Assembly (NCBI RefSeq): GCF_001194135.2
Contig: NC_068990.1
Coordinates: 15,348,302 to 15,412,301 of the forward strand
Source: Octopus bimaculoides
Lineage: Eukaryota
Direction: 5' to 3'
Length of the DNA: 64,000 nucleotides
The position numbers were made by a program, and so were the translations under genes. The notes beneath the pieces were generated by a model, which was not told where the DNA came from, did no database searches, and worked only from the letters and a program-made list of their open reading frames with translations. Shown one piece after another: positions 54,045 through 64,000 of this stretch; the first letter of the stretch is position 1, and each line of letters starts with the position of its first letter.

Positions 54045-54504
54045 CACACACACACACACACTTTCACACATATACCTCTCTGTCTTTCTATATATGTACA
54101 CACACACACACACATACTCTCTCACAATGGGCTTCTCTCAGTTTCAGTCTACCAGATCCCAGATACATTCACAAGGCTTTGGTTAACCTAAGGCTATAGT
54201 AGAAGACACTTGCTCAAGATGTCATGCAATAGCACTGAACGTAAGACCATATGGTTGGGAAGCAAGCACACAGCCATATCTGGGCCTAATACATACATAC
54301 ATACATACATACATACATACATACATACATACATACATACATACATACATACATACATACTTATGATGATGCTGCTGATGTTATATGTGTGTGTGTGTAT
54401 AAAAAGCAATACAAAATTCAAAAAAAAAAAAATTAACTTTAATTGTTAGGGGTGAAATGATAACTCATTAGTGATGATTTCAAAACTGTAGTACTGCTGG
54501 CAAA

Positions 54505-54870
54505 TCTGGGATGGTGCTACTGCCACTCTCACTGATGTCTTGGACTGTGTCAAAAGAGAGACTGCCTGAAGTTACTTTACTCTTCCTTACATTGAAGTAC
54601 CTACTGTCACATATCACTCTCTGCCTTTTCTACCACCACTGTGTTGGCCTCTGCTCCTTAGAGCTGGGTGATTGGCTGACTGATCTCATACAATTTCTCC
54701 CTTTCTTCCCTTCTCATCAACCATAATATATCCTTCCTTGTGCAGGCCCTTCACTGACAACTATATCCTGTCCTTCTTCCTCTGGAATTCATTTACTTCA
54801 CAGGTTATTCCTGCAGCTTTTGACATGAAACAGTTCACAAACACTAATAACATTGATCTTGTAGGAAAGA
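54505..54870 (+). mobile_element. CR1/L2-type LINE 3' end fossil
   Basis: Translates LCLFYHHCVGLCSLEL...ILSFFLWNSFTSQVIPAAFDMKQF, matching the LFY.Y..G.CS.EL and SFF...WN.L motifs. Confidence 0.6.
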
Positions 54871-54889
54871 GGTTATACACCATTAGGTG

Positions 54890-55260
54890 TACTCCGCTTC
54901 CATACACTAAATTTCTTGAAGAAACAACGGAACGCAGATTCTGAACAACACAACAATATTTATTTACAGTGGAATTCGGCTCATGCTTGGAGGGAATTCG
55001 GTAGCTTGTCGCCTTTGGTTACTGAGACGCCGTCAATGAAGTTCGTGGTTATTTGTGTAGCTCTAGTGCTGGAATGTTGGAGAGAGCTCGATGGAACGTC
55101 TAGGCTCAACGAAGATCAGCGAACGAAGAGAGTGAGAAAAGGCGCCAAAGCTGGGTGTCGAACTCTACGCATGCGCATGAGACTCTTCCTGTATTCCTTC
55201 CAGAACTAGTCCCTGCGCATGCGTGGATAAAACTCCGGACATTGAACATATAACAGTCGT
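54890..55260. promoter_or_regulatory. CpG-rich promoter-like region with two NRF1/Ewg-type GCGCATGCG motifs
   Basis: CpG density is visibly high in an otherwise CpG-depleted window. Motifs acgcatgcgcat (55167-55178) and tgcgcatgcgt (55214-55224) lie about 300 bp upstream of the ARL15 exon. Confidence 0.55.
55036..55131 (+). CDS. Candidate ARL15 first coding exon (unconfirmed)
   Basis: ATG at 55036 and 32 open codons (MKFVVICVALVLECWRELDGTSRLNEDQRTKR). Donor AGA|gtgaga is phase 0, in frame with exon 55522. No recognisable similarity to the ARL15 N-terminus. Confidence 0.25.
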
Positions 55261-55521
55261 CTGCTATAGGTGTCACTACAATCTCATTATCTAGCAGAGC
55301 CCTGAAAGAAGATGAGATAAACACAGTCCTTCTTTCAAACCAAAACAATATAAAGGAACGTGTTTCATTGCATTTTTAAATGAACACTTCAATTCCATCT
55401 ACATTGATTCAATTCCTCTAGCTCTCTCTTATTTTGTTCATTAGAAAAAATTGATAAATATCTTAATGACAGATTTGATGAATATCTTAATAATAACATA
55501 TTTTTTTCTTGAACCTTGCAG

Positions 55522-55669
55522 TTTGGTCGTCGAGTTTGTTGTACCTGTCGTAGCCCACCAGAAAAGCCTGTATTTCAAGTGTTGTGTTTGGGACTTACTG
55601 GATCCGGAAAGAGTGCTATTATATATGCCTTAAGTAACGATTCTGTTGACAAATTGGAGCCTACAGTAG
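55522..55669 (+). CDS. ARL15: ARL15 internal coding exon (P-loop/G1 and G2)
   Basis: Acceptor tttttttcttgaaccttgcag and donor AG|gtgagt. Translates FGRRVCCTCRSPPEKPVFQVLCLGLTGSGKSAIIYALSNDSVDKLEPTV(G), which resembles ARL15 as I recall it (LCCKGPPPARPEYDLVCIGLTGSGKT). Phase 0 to phase 1. Confidence 0.92.
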
Positions 55670-56056
55670 GTGAGTGTTGTTATTGGTTAGCCCAGGGGCA
55701 TCATTGATTGAGCAAACCTATAATCAAAGTTGTTCCAGTCATGACCTTCCCCATCTTCTTGTATATCTATGATGCTTTATCTTTTAGATGTTTCAGTCAT
55801 TGATGTTTAACCATACTGGGGTTATTGCCTTGGAAGGTTTAGTTGAACAAATGAACCCCAGTACTTATTCTTATTTAAAGTTTGGTAATTCATCTTCTGT
55901 TGATCTCTTTTTGCCAATCTGCTAAATTATGGGGGTGTAAACAAACCAACACCAGCTTGTCAAGTGGTGATGGAGGACAAACACAAGGATGCATGCGTGC
56001 ACACACACACACACACACACACTCATACCTACATGACAGACTTCCACACAGTTTCT

Positions 56057-56278
56057 TATTCCTTTATTGCCCACAAGGGGCTAAACATAGAGGGGACAAA
56101 CAAGGGATTAAGTCAATTACATCAACCCCAGTGCGTAACTGGTACTTAATTTATCAACCCCGAAAGGATGAAAGGCAAAGTCAACCTCGGTGGAATTTGA
56201 ACCCAGAACGTAGTGGCAGACGAAATACCGCTAAGCATTTTACCCGGTGTGCTAACGTTTCTGCCAGCTCGCCGTCTT
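56057..56278 (-). mobile_element. SINE family B with 7-bp TSD (agtttct)
   Basis: TSD at 56050-56056 and 56279-56285; inserted in an older SINE A copy. Confidence 0.88.
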
Positions 56279-56546
56279 AGTTTCTGCCTATCAAATTCAC
56301 TCACAAGTATTGGTTGGTCTGGAGCTATAGCAGAAGATACTTGCTCAAGGTTGCAAAGTGTTTTTCCTAACCACACAGCAATGCCTACTCCTGTATTGTA
56401 TTCCCTTTTATTTATTTCCCTAACATTTTGAGAGACCACATAGAGGTTCCCTCATTGGTTTTTATAAAACTCATAATAGACTCTGAAATATTTCAATGTT
56501 AAGAATTTAAGCTGTAAGGGGTAGAATCTCTTCAGGGTTTTTGTTG

Positions 56547-56758
56547 TACAGAAAAATTCCTGGCTTTGGATAAAATAAAATATAGGAGGATCAGTTAATT
56601 ATGATTGTATTCAACATATACCCGTCGCAGATTCACACACTTATTGCAGCAGTTGTTCAGTTTTTTTTTAGGCCCTCTAAAAGAACTCAGAAGGCTGGGC
56701 CTCCAACCAGGCCTTTTATGATACCCTTAAAGCTAGGAACTTTTCAGCACTCTCTCGT
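56547..56758 (-). mobile_element. Second copy of the mariner-derived MITE
   Basis: Reverse-orientation similarity to 737-954, including the TIR aaagctaggaacttttcagcactctc. Confidence 0.7.
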
Positions 56759-58982
56759 ATATATATATAGTTGGCCTTGACAGACTTCAGCCACATCTCT
56801 GCTGTATCCTTGGGATATTCTTTTGTTTGTAAAATTATGTTTCATCTGATGATTATAGTTTTTTCAATGCAGTAATGTTCTCTTTCTTCTCTGAAAAACA
56901 AACGTAAGAAACAGTTGTAATGAGCTGACAATTATCCCTCATATGTTATTATTCATTTGCTTATAATACACCAAGGGGATTTACAAATTGTCAGACACCC
57001 TAGAGTATACTAACAATGTATTGTTCAAAGAAACGTGTGATTTGGACCAGCCCCTAGGTACTAAATACTCATAGGGTTGGTTTTCTCTGTGTACACAATC
57101 AGAATATCCTATTTGATACTTACCAACCATAGACCAGAACCACAGTTTTATCCAACCCTACCTGGGGCATATCTCTTCAAGTACCTGATTCTATCTGAAT
57201 CCTTATTTTACTCTCTCTCATCATCATCATCATTTAACATCCGCTTTCCATGCTAGCATGGGTTGGACGATTTGACTGAGGACTGGCAAGCCAGAAGGCT
57301 GCACCAGGCTCCAATCTGATCTAGCAGAGTTTCTACAGCTGGATGCCCTTCCTAACACCAACCACTCCGAGAGTGTGGTGGGTGCTTTTATGTGCCACCA
57401 GCACGAAGGCCAGTCAGGTGGTACAGGCAGTGGCCACGCTCAAAATGGTGTATTTTATGTGCCACCTGCACAGGAGCCAGTCCAGCGGCACTGGCAACGA
57501 TCTTGCTTGAATTTCTTTACACGTGCCACCGGCACAAGTGCCAGGAAGGCTATGCTGGGCACTGGTGCCATCATGATACAGTGAGCTTCTTTTGGTTTCC
57601 ATCTACCTAATTCATTTAGAAGGATTTGGTTGGCCTGCAGCTATGGTAGATGATACTCGCCCAAGGTGCCATGTAGTGGGATCGAACCTGAACCATGTAG
57701 TTGAGAAGTGAGCTTCTTAACTGCACAGCCATGCCAATACCTGTCTCTGAAATTTATGTCGAACTTCAAACAAATTTCTTTTGATATACAACTGTAGCCT
57801 GTTTGTGTTACGCCGAATGCATATGTACAATCCATTTGCTGTTGTTTAACTTCAGGTCAGTTCTGATTCAGTGGACCAATGATCAAAAGCGTTCCAGCTA
57901 TGACTATTGGCGATCATCTAATGCGTCCTTGCTTTTTTTTTAAGTGGTATAATATAATTTGAAAGGCAGCAAGCTGACAGGATTGTTAGCACATTAGACA
58001 AAGCACTTAGAACATAATGAGCCAGAAGGAAAATGTCACAAAGTTCAAATCCTGCTGAGATAAACTCTACCTTTTCATCCATTTGGGATTGATAAAATAA
58101 AGTACCAATAAATTAATTGGGGTCAATGTAATTTGAACCCCGAAACAGGCTTCTGTCCTGTTCAAGGGAATGTTGTGATCTCAGTCACTTAATCTGTTAT
58201 GGAAGCCAGAAAACCAGCCTTCTGAGTATTAGGGCTCAACGAAAAATATAGGAGAGGAATATTTGCTTAGTATTTCTAGCATGTCTTACAATCATGTAGA
58301 GGTCGTTTTGTTGGCTTGTACTCATCACCTGTTTTGTTAAGCATGATATTATGTCATGATAAGGTAAAGTGAAAGTACAGAAGCTGTCATACACCAGCCT
58401 CGTCATCCCATCATAAGCATGACTAAGGAAGAAGATGCTGGAAAGATCTTGTGCAGATTTAACCACTGGCGCTCTTTCTTCGACATAAACTGATATTAAT
58501 CATGTACAGACATATACCTTGCTGTTAATTACATCTAATTGGTGTGATTTATTTATTTTTTTCCCTTCTTGTTTACATAACCTTATGTTGAATGCCGTCT
58601 TCTCAATACATGAATCAATATATTCATTCGAAAACATCAATAAAAATCACCGTTGTGTAAAATTAGATTAGAACATCAATTAAATTTTATAATAAAATAG
58701 AATTTTACTTTAGGAAGACAAAGAATCTAATGAAAACAGGGATGAAATTTACCAGAGTGACATTTAAATTGAGGCCATCGGATTTTTCTTTATTTAGTTT
58801 TTTTCTTTAGTTAGGCAGAGTTCTGTTTTTTGTCAGATGAGATATATAATCAGTTAATCAATATTTAGTATATTACCGATATATGTTTTATTATTGTTAT
58901 TTCTGTTTAGCCCCGGGTCAGCCTTGATCAAGTAGACCTATGCTTTAAAAGCACCTCAGCCTTACTTTTATTTATTTATTTT

Positions 58983-59380
58983 GGAGTGGTTGTGAGGTAA
59001 GAAGTTTGCTTCCCAACCACATGGTTCCAGGTTCAGTTCCACTGCATGACACCTTGGGTAGGTGTCTTATATTATAGCTTCAGGCTGACCAAAACCTTGT
59101 CAGTGAATTTGGTAGGCAGAAACTGAAAAGAAGCTCATTGTATGTGTGTGTGTGTTGTCTTTGTGTCTGTGTTTGTTCCCTGTCATCTCTTACCAAGTGG
59201 TGTTGGTTTGTTTACATCCCTGTAACTTAGCAGTTCTGCAATGTGACTGATAGACTAAGTACCAGGTTTAAAAAAATTAAAATACATACTGGGGTCAATT
59301 TGATTGACTACAAATTCTTTAAGGTGATGCTCCAGCATGGCTGCAGTCTAATGATTGAAACAAGTAAAAGAAAAGAAAAG
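58983..59380 (+). mobile_element. tRNA-headed SINE family A, full-length copy (ARL15 intron)
   Basis: Same structure as the other family A copies. Confidence 0.85.
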
Positions 59381-59714
59381 TTTATTCAGATTCATGCTTC
59401 TTTTTCATTATGGTAGGCCCTGATTAAAGGAAGATTTGAATGATGTTTATATCTGATTGAGTGATCACTTAAAGGCCCCCTTCATCAGATTGCATATTTA
59501 TTTTCTTTTTGGAAAGATAAAAAGCAAGGATAGAAAAGGGTCACATTGGTAGGATTTGAACTCAGTACATAGAAACACAAAGCTAAACAGTCCATTACAT
59601 CCAGTGAGGTACATTATAATTTCTGCTAAAACATCACCATGGCTTTTCTTAATTTAACATTTGGTTTTTATCAAAATCTGATTAGAGTTCAACTAATTAG
59701 TTTTTCTCCTGCTC

Positions 59715-60850
59715 TCTTCACACACACCTACAAACCGTATTTCGTTCATCTTCATCTTTCATCTATCCATCCTCCAATCAAAACACATTCTCATACATAA
59801 CTTCTGAATCCTGCTTTCTATCTGCCCCTACAAATGTTCTGATATTTTCCATACCACCTTCTCTTTGACTTCAAGAAAGAAAGGAACCTTGACTCTCTCC
59901 CAGTCAGGAGATACACAGAACCCAACTTTACACAACCAGGTATTTTTAAATGTGCTCACCAACAAATTAATACCTGTCCTACATTAATGACAAGTGAAGG
60001 TGCATGGCTTAGTGGTTAGGGTATTTGGCTTATGATCATAAGGTCATGAGTTCAATCCCCCATGGCATGTTGTGGCTTTCAGCAAGACATTTTATTTTAT
60101 GTTACTCCAGTCCACTCAGCTGGCAAAAGTGAGTAATATCTGCATTTCAAATGTCCAGCCTTGTCACATTCTGTGTCATGTTGAATCTCCCTAGAACAAT
60201 GTTAAGGGTACACATGTCTTGTGGAATGCTCAGCTCAACTGGAACCCTTTTCATTGTAACCGATAGAGTGCCAGTTTACATCAACCTTTTAGCAGTTAAA
60301 CAGGCCATATCTGGCCCAAATATTCCATCTGTTTTATGTCCAAACTGACCACGTCTGGCCTCTCACAGCTACCCTACAATGTCATCTAAAATAAACAATC
60401 ACATCATCGAAATCTTGAAGTTATGTGATAATCCATGATTAATTCAAAACAATATGAATAAATAAGTATTACATTTTGACAAAATAATCTGAATGCTGGA
60501 CGGTTAATGATGCTACAACCATCACCAGGTCTAAGTTACAGTATTACCTTACACCAAACTTCTGTTGTACATCTTCCAATTTCATATATTGCATCATCTG
60601 CAAACTTTGTGATACACTTTACATGACTGAGACAGGCTGTCACTTTGCTGGTCACTTCTGAGAGTACATTCAGGTTATGCTACAACATATGCCAGGCCAA
60701 CCTGTCATCACCTACTTCAACACAATAAGCCATTCCATTATCCATATATAACTGTGTGGCATCTCTGCACAGCTTGGATTTACACACTCAAAGAAAGGGA
60801 AAGAATTACACTTCATATTTAAATTTGAGACCGTGGCACTTATGGAGTTA
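59715..60850 (+). mobile_element. Penelope-like element fossil (linker plus GIY-YIG endonuclease) split by nested SINEs (~59995-60510)
   Basis: 5' piece DFKKERNLDSLPVRR..QPGIFKCAHQQINTCP; 3' piece HCIICKLCDTLYMTETGCHFAGHF*EYI..YFNTISHS..KELHFIFKFETVALMELN. Confidence 0.7.
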
Positions 60851-60934
60851 AATCAGTGATTCTCAGCCAGGCTTCATATGACTCTGAGGGGTCATATAAA
60901 ATGTTGATGCAATGAATTACTTATATGACCTTTG

Positions 60935-61240
60935 TCAGCCATTCTCTAGCTATCTATTTAAAGCTGTATATGGCTATGGTGCGGCCACACTTAGAATTTG
61001 CAACACTGATCTGAAACCCCTATCTTGCTCAGGACATTGACCTCCTGGAAACTGTTCAAAGACATGCGAGCAAGTGAATATCCTCCATCAGGCATCTACC
61101 ATACTCTGAATGCCTTGCTTTCCTGGGCATAGATACATTGAAGCTCCGATGTCTGGCAACTGACTTAGTAAACACCCACAAAATTATCAACCATTGTGCC
61201 AACAACCACCTTGAACACCTGTTTGAGCTCCATGTGTCTA
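60935..61240 (+). mobile_element. CR1 LINE RT C-terminal fragment
   Basis: Translates LKLYMAMVRPHLEFA..NPYLAQDIDLLETVQRHASK*I..LPYSECLAFLGIDTLKLRCLATDL. Confidence 0.85.
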
Positions 61241-61782
61241 ACTAAAGGGAGATTTGGTTAGTATTTCTTGCTACTAGAGTGATCACTTAGAAATTCTATA
61301 AGTTACGACGATGAGTGTTCCAGTTGAATTGATCAATGGAACTCTCTGCTCATGAAATAAACATGCAAGTAGCTGAGCACTCTGTAGACACGCATGCCCT
61401 TAATGTAGTTCTCAGGGAGATTCAGCATGACACAGAGTGTGACAAGGCTGGCCCCTTTGAATTACAGGTACTACTAATTTTTTCTAGCTGAGTGGATTGA
61501 AGCAACATGAAATAAAGTGTCTTGCCCAAGAACACAACACTCCGTCAGGAATCAAACTCATGATATTACAATCATGAGCCAAATACCAAAACTGGTAAAC
61601 CATGTGTCTTCACATGAATGTGTTATTGGAGGGATGGAAAGCAAAATTGATCTTGTTTTCATTAGATTCTTTGTCTTTCTAAAGTAAATTTCCATTTTAT
61701 TGTAAAATTTAAATTAGATTTCATTAAATTTTTGTTTGAAATTGTTCAACATAAATTACTATTTTTGGTCTTTTTTTTATAG

Positions 61783-61842
61783 GTTTCCTTATTAAGCCTT
61801 TAGAATTCACTGATTGTATATTTGAAATGAAAGAACTGGGAG
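61783..61842 (+). CDS. ARL15: ARL15 next coding exon (interswitch/G3), 60 nt
   Basis: Acceptor ggtcttttttttatag and donor AG|gtaagt. Phase 1-1, joining the previous exon in frame as (G)FLIKPLEFTDCIFEMKELG(G), compared with human GFSIKAVPFQNAILNVKELGG. Later exons lie outside the window. Confidence 0.92.
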
Positions 61843-62306
61843 GTAAGTAAATATCTAAAATATAGAAAATTTCATTTATTTGTATTAAAAAAATTGCACT
61901 TTTTTAATAATAAACGTTGACACCCCCAATACCAATAAATAAATAAATAAATAACAAAATAAAAGATAAAGAAAAGGCCAATATTAATGAACTGCACCAG
62001 AAGTGGAAGAGCAGAATTGATGAACAAAGTGAATTCCTTATATTTTGTTTTAACCATTTTGTTACTGTATTTTTGCTGAAATGTATTGTCTTTGTTTCAA
62101 TCAAGTTTGAAAATATTAGTAAATAACTTTGAAGAATTTAGTAAAATAACTTTACCAGTAAAATAACTTTACCATTATTAATCCTTCAGCATTCAGATTA
62201 CTTTGCCAAATGTTAGGCTTATTTATTCACACTGTTTTCAGTTAATCATGCATTATTTTGTGGCTTTGTGGCTGAGCACTCTGTAGACACGCATGCCCTT
62301 AATGTA

Positions 62307-62534
62307 TTGGGTTGTCCGGAAAGTTCGTGCTGATTTTTAAAGGAAAGAAAAAGGTCAATAAATACTTGCCATTACATTTTCAATCAACCAAATATGAACC
62401 ATTTTGTTGCACAATGCATCTCCATCTTTCCTTTAACTTGAAAATACCCTCTTCCCAGAATTGAGGTGGTTTCATGGCAAATAAGTCAAAAGGTAAGCTA
62501 CTATAAATCGGCACGAACTTTCTGGACAACCCAA
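62307..62534. mobile_element. 228-bp mariner-type MITE inserted in a SINE
   Basis: Same TIRs. Inserted at the TA of aatgTAgtt, shown by the uninterrupted homolog at about 61372-61430. Confidence 0.9.
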
Positions 62535-62558
62535 TAGTTTTCAGGGAGATTTAGTGAA

Positions 62559-62896
62559 GGCACATCACTCAGTGGTTAGAGCGTCGAGCTTACAATTGTG
62601 AAGTTGTGAGTTCGAATCCTGGATTGGACCTGGCTGCATGTTGTGTTCTTGAGCAAGACACTTTATTTCACGTTGCTCCACTTCACTCAGCTGTAGAAAT
62701 GAGTTGCAACGTCACAGGTGCCAAACTGTATCAGCCCCTTTGCCTTTCCCTTGGATAACACTGGTGGCGTGGAGAGGGGAGGCCGGTATGCATGGGTGAC
62801 TGCTGGCCTTCCATAAACAACCTTGCCCGGATTTGTGCTTGGGAGGGTAACTTTCTAGGTGCAATCCCATGGTCAATCATGACCGAAGGGGGTCTC
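62559..62896 (+). mobile_element. tRNA-headed SINE family D
   Basis: Head ctcagtggttagagcg...gagttcgaatcc followed by ttgagcaagacactttatttcacgttgctcc. Related copies at about 59995-60240 (+), 33650-33950 (-) and 61250-61620 (-). Confidence 0.8.
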
Positions 62897-64000
62897 AGCT
62901 CATTTTGTAGCTTTGAGATATTCTTGATATGATTGCTTATTTTTAGAATGACATTGTAAGGTAGGTGTAAGAGATCAGATTTGGCTGTGATCAACATAAA
63001 ACAAGTAGTATATTTGGGCCTGATAGGGCTGGTTTAAATGCTAAAGGGTTAAGCTGGGGCTTAAGGTAGTGAATTGACAAAACTGTTAGCTCACTGGACA
63101 AAATGCAGAGCAACATTGTGTCCATCTGCAGTCAGATTCCACTGAGGTTGACTTTGCCTTTCATCCTCTCAGGGTCAGTAAAATAAGTACCAGTCAGGTA
63201 CTGAGGTTGATGTAATTGACTTCCCCTCCCCTCAAAAATTTGAAATCATTTTTAAGCCGGTGTTTAGAACATAAATTAACATGAAATTTTATGGAAGATT
63301 GTAATTTGTATCACTATAAAGTTGGAAGTTTGCATCAGTGTGCTAGGGGCAGTCTTGGACAGTTCATTATCAAAAAGGTTAAAGATGTAGGTTAATGATG
63401 GTGGAAACATAAGGTGAGTAGATAGTAAGTCTGCTCTTGTTTGCAATCATTAAATTTCTTCAGTGAAGCAGAATGTACGATTGTGTGTGTGTGTGTCTGT
63501 ATGTTTGTGCACATCCGTATATGTATGTGTATAAGAATATATATATAGCGTGGTCAAATGGTTAAAAAGTATGATTTGTAATCACAAGGTTGCGGGTTCA
63601 ATCCTGTTGCCTGGCATTTTTGGGCAAATACTTTTACCACAATCTCTGATCAATCCAAGCCTTGTGATTGAAATTGGTTGAATGGGAATGGCGTGGAAGG
63701 ATTGTACTTGTAATTCAAAGGTCCAACTTTGTCACTCACTTTGTCATGCTGGTTCTGCCCGAGTATAATGCTATGTGACTGTGGAATAACCAACCACTTT
63801 CATGTTGAATCACAAAATAACATTCACTTTAATCTATAATCTATGACTTTTAGATGCAGGCATGACTGTGTAGTAGGAAGCTTGTTTCCCAACCACATGG
63901 TTCTGGGTTCAGTCCCACTGCATAGTACCTCCTACTATGAGTGGATTTGGAAGATGGAAACCGAAAGAAGCCTGTTATATATATATATATATATATATAT

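Noticed and set aside
54968-54984. MSRIPL as the start of NKAPD1/C11orf57
   Set aside because: Only a 6-residue match; I found no downstream exon encoding the conserved VLLRNVIRHTDAHNK in the visible sequence.
62559-62630. tRNA-like sequence as a tRNA gene
   Set aside because: It has A and B boxes but continues into a SINE body; no convincing cloverleaf or terminator.

Overview
Repeat-dense eukaryotic genomic DNA: AT-rich, with many microsatellites and many N gaps from a draft assembly. The tRNA-headed SINEs, RTE tails and the 5S copy point to an octopus (coleoid cephalopod) genome; this is inference from recognition, not a database match. One host gene is confidently identified: ARL15 (ARF-like GTPase 15) on the + strand, with exons at 55522-55669 and 61783-61842. 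Its first exon is unresolved and the rest of the gene lies beyond the window. A CpG-rich segment with two NRF1-type palindromes (about 54.9-55.25 kb) looks like a possibly bidirectional promoter. A low-confidence chain of minus-strand exons spans 7.3-23.8 kb. The remainder is mostly transposon debris: several SINE families, RTE/CR1 LINE fragments, Penelope-like remnants, Tc1/mariner and pogo fossils, and MITEs. The most interesting observations are (1) a tRNA-headed SINE with a Penelope-type minimal hammerhead in its tail, arranged as a ~560-bp foldback; (2) an intact RTE 3' end encoding three C2H2 fingers; (3) a TSD-flanked inverted copy of nearby sequence and a second short local duplication; (4) a 243-bp palindrome; and (5) a 5S retrocopy bracketed by duplicated SINE heads. 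No CRISPR or prokaryotic-type system is present, and I cannot claim a verified novel system.
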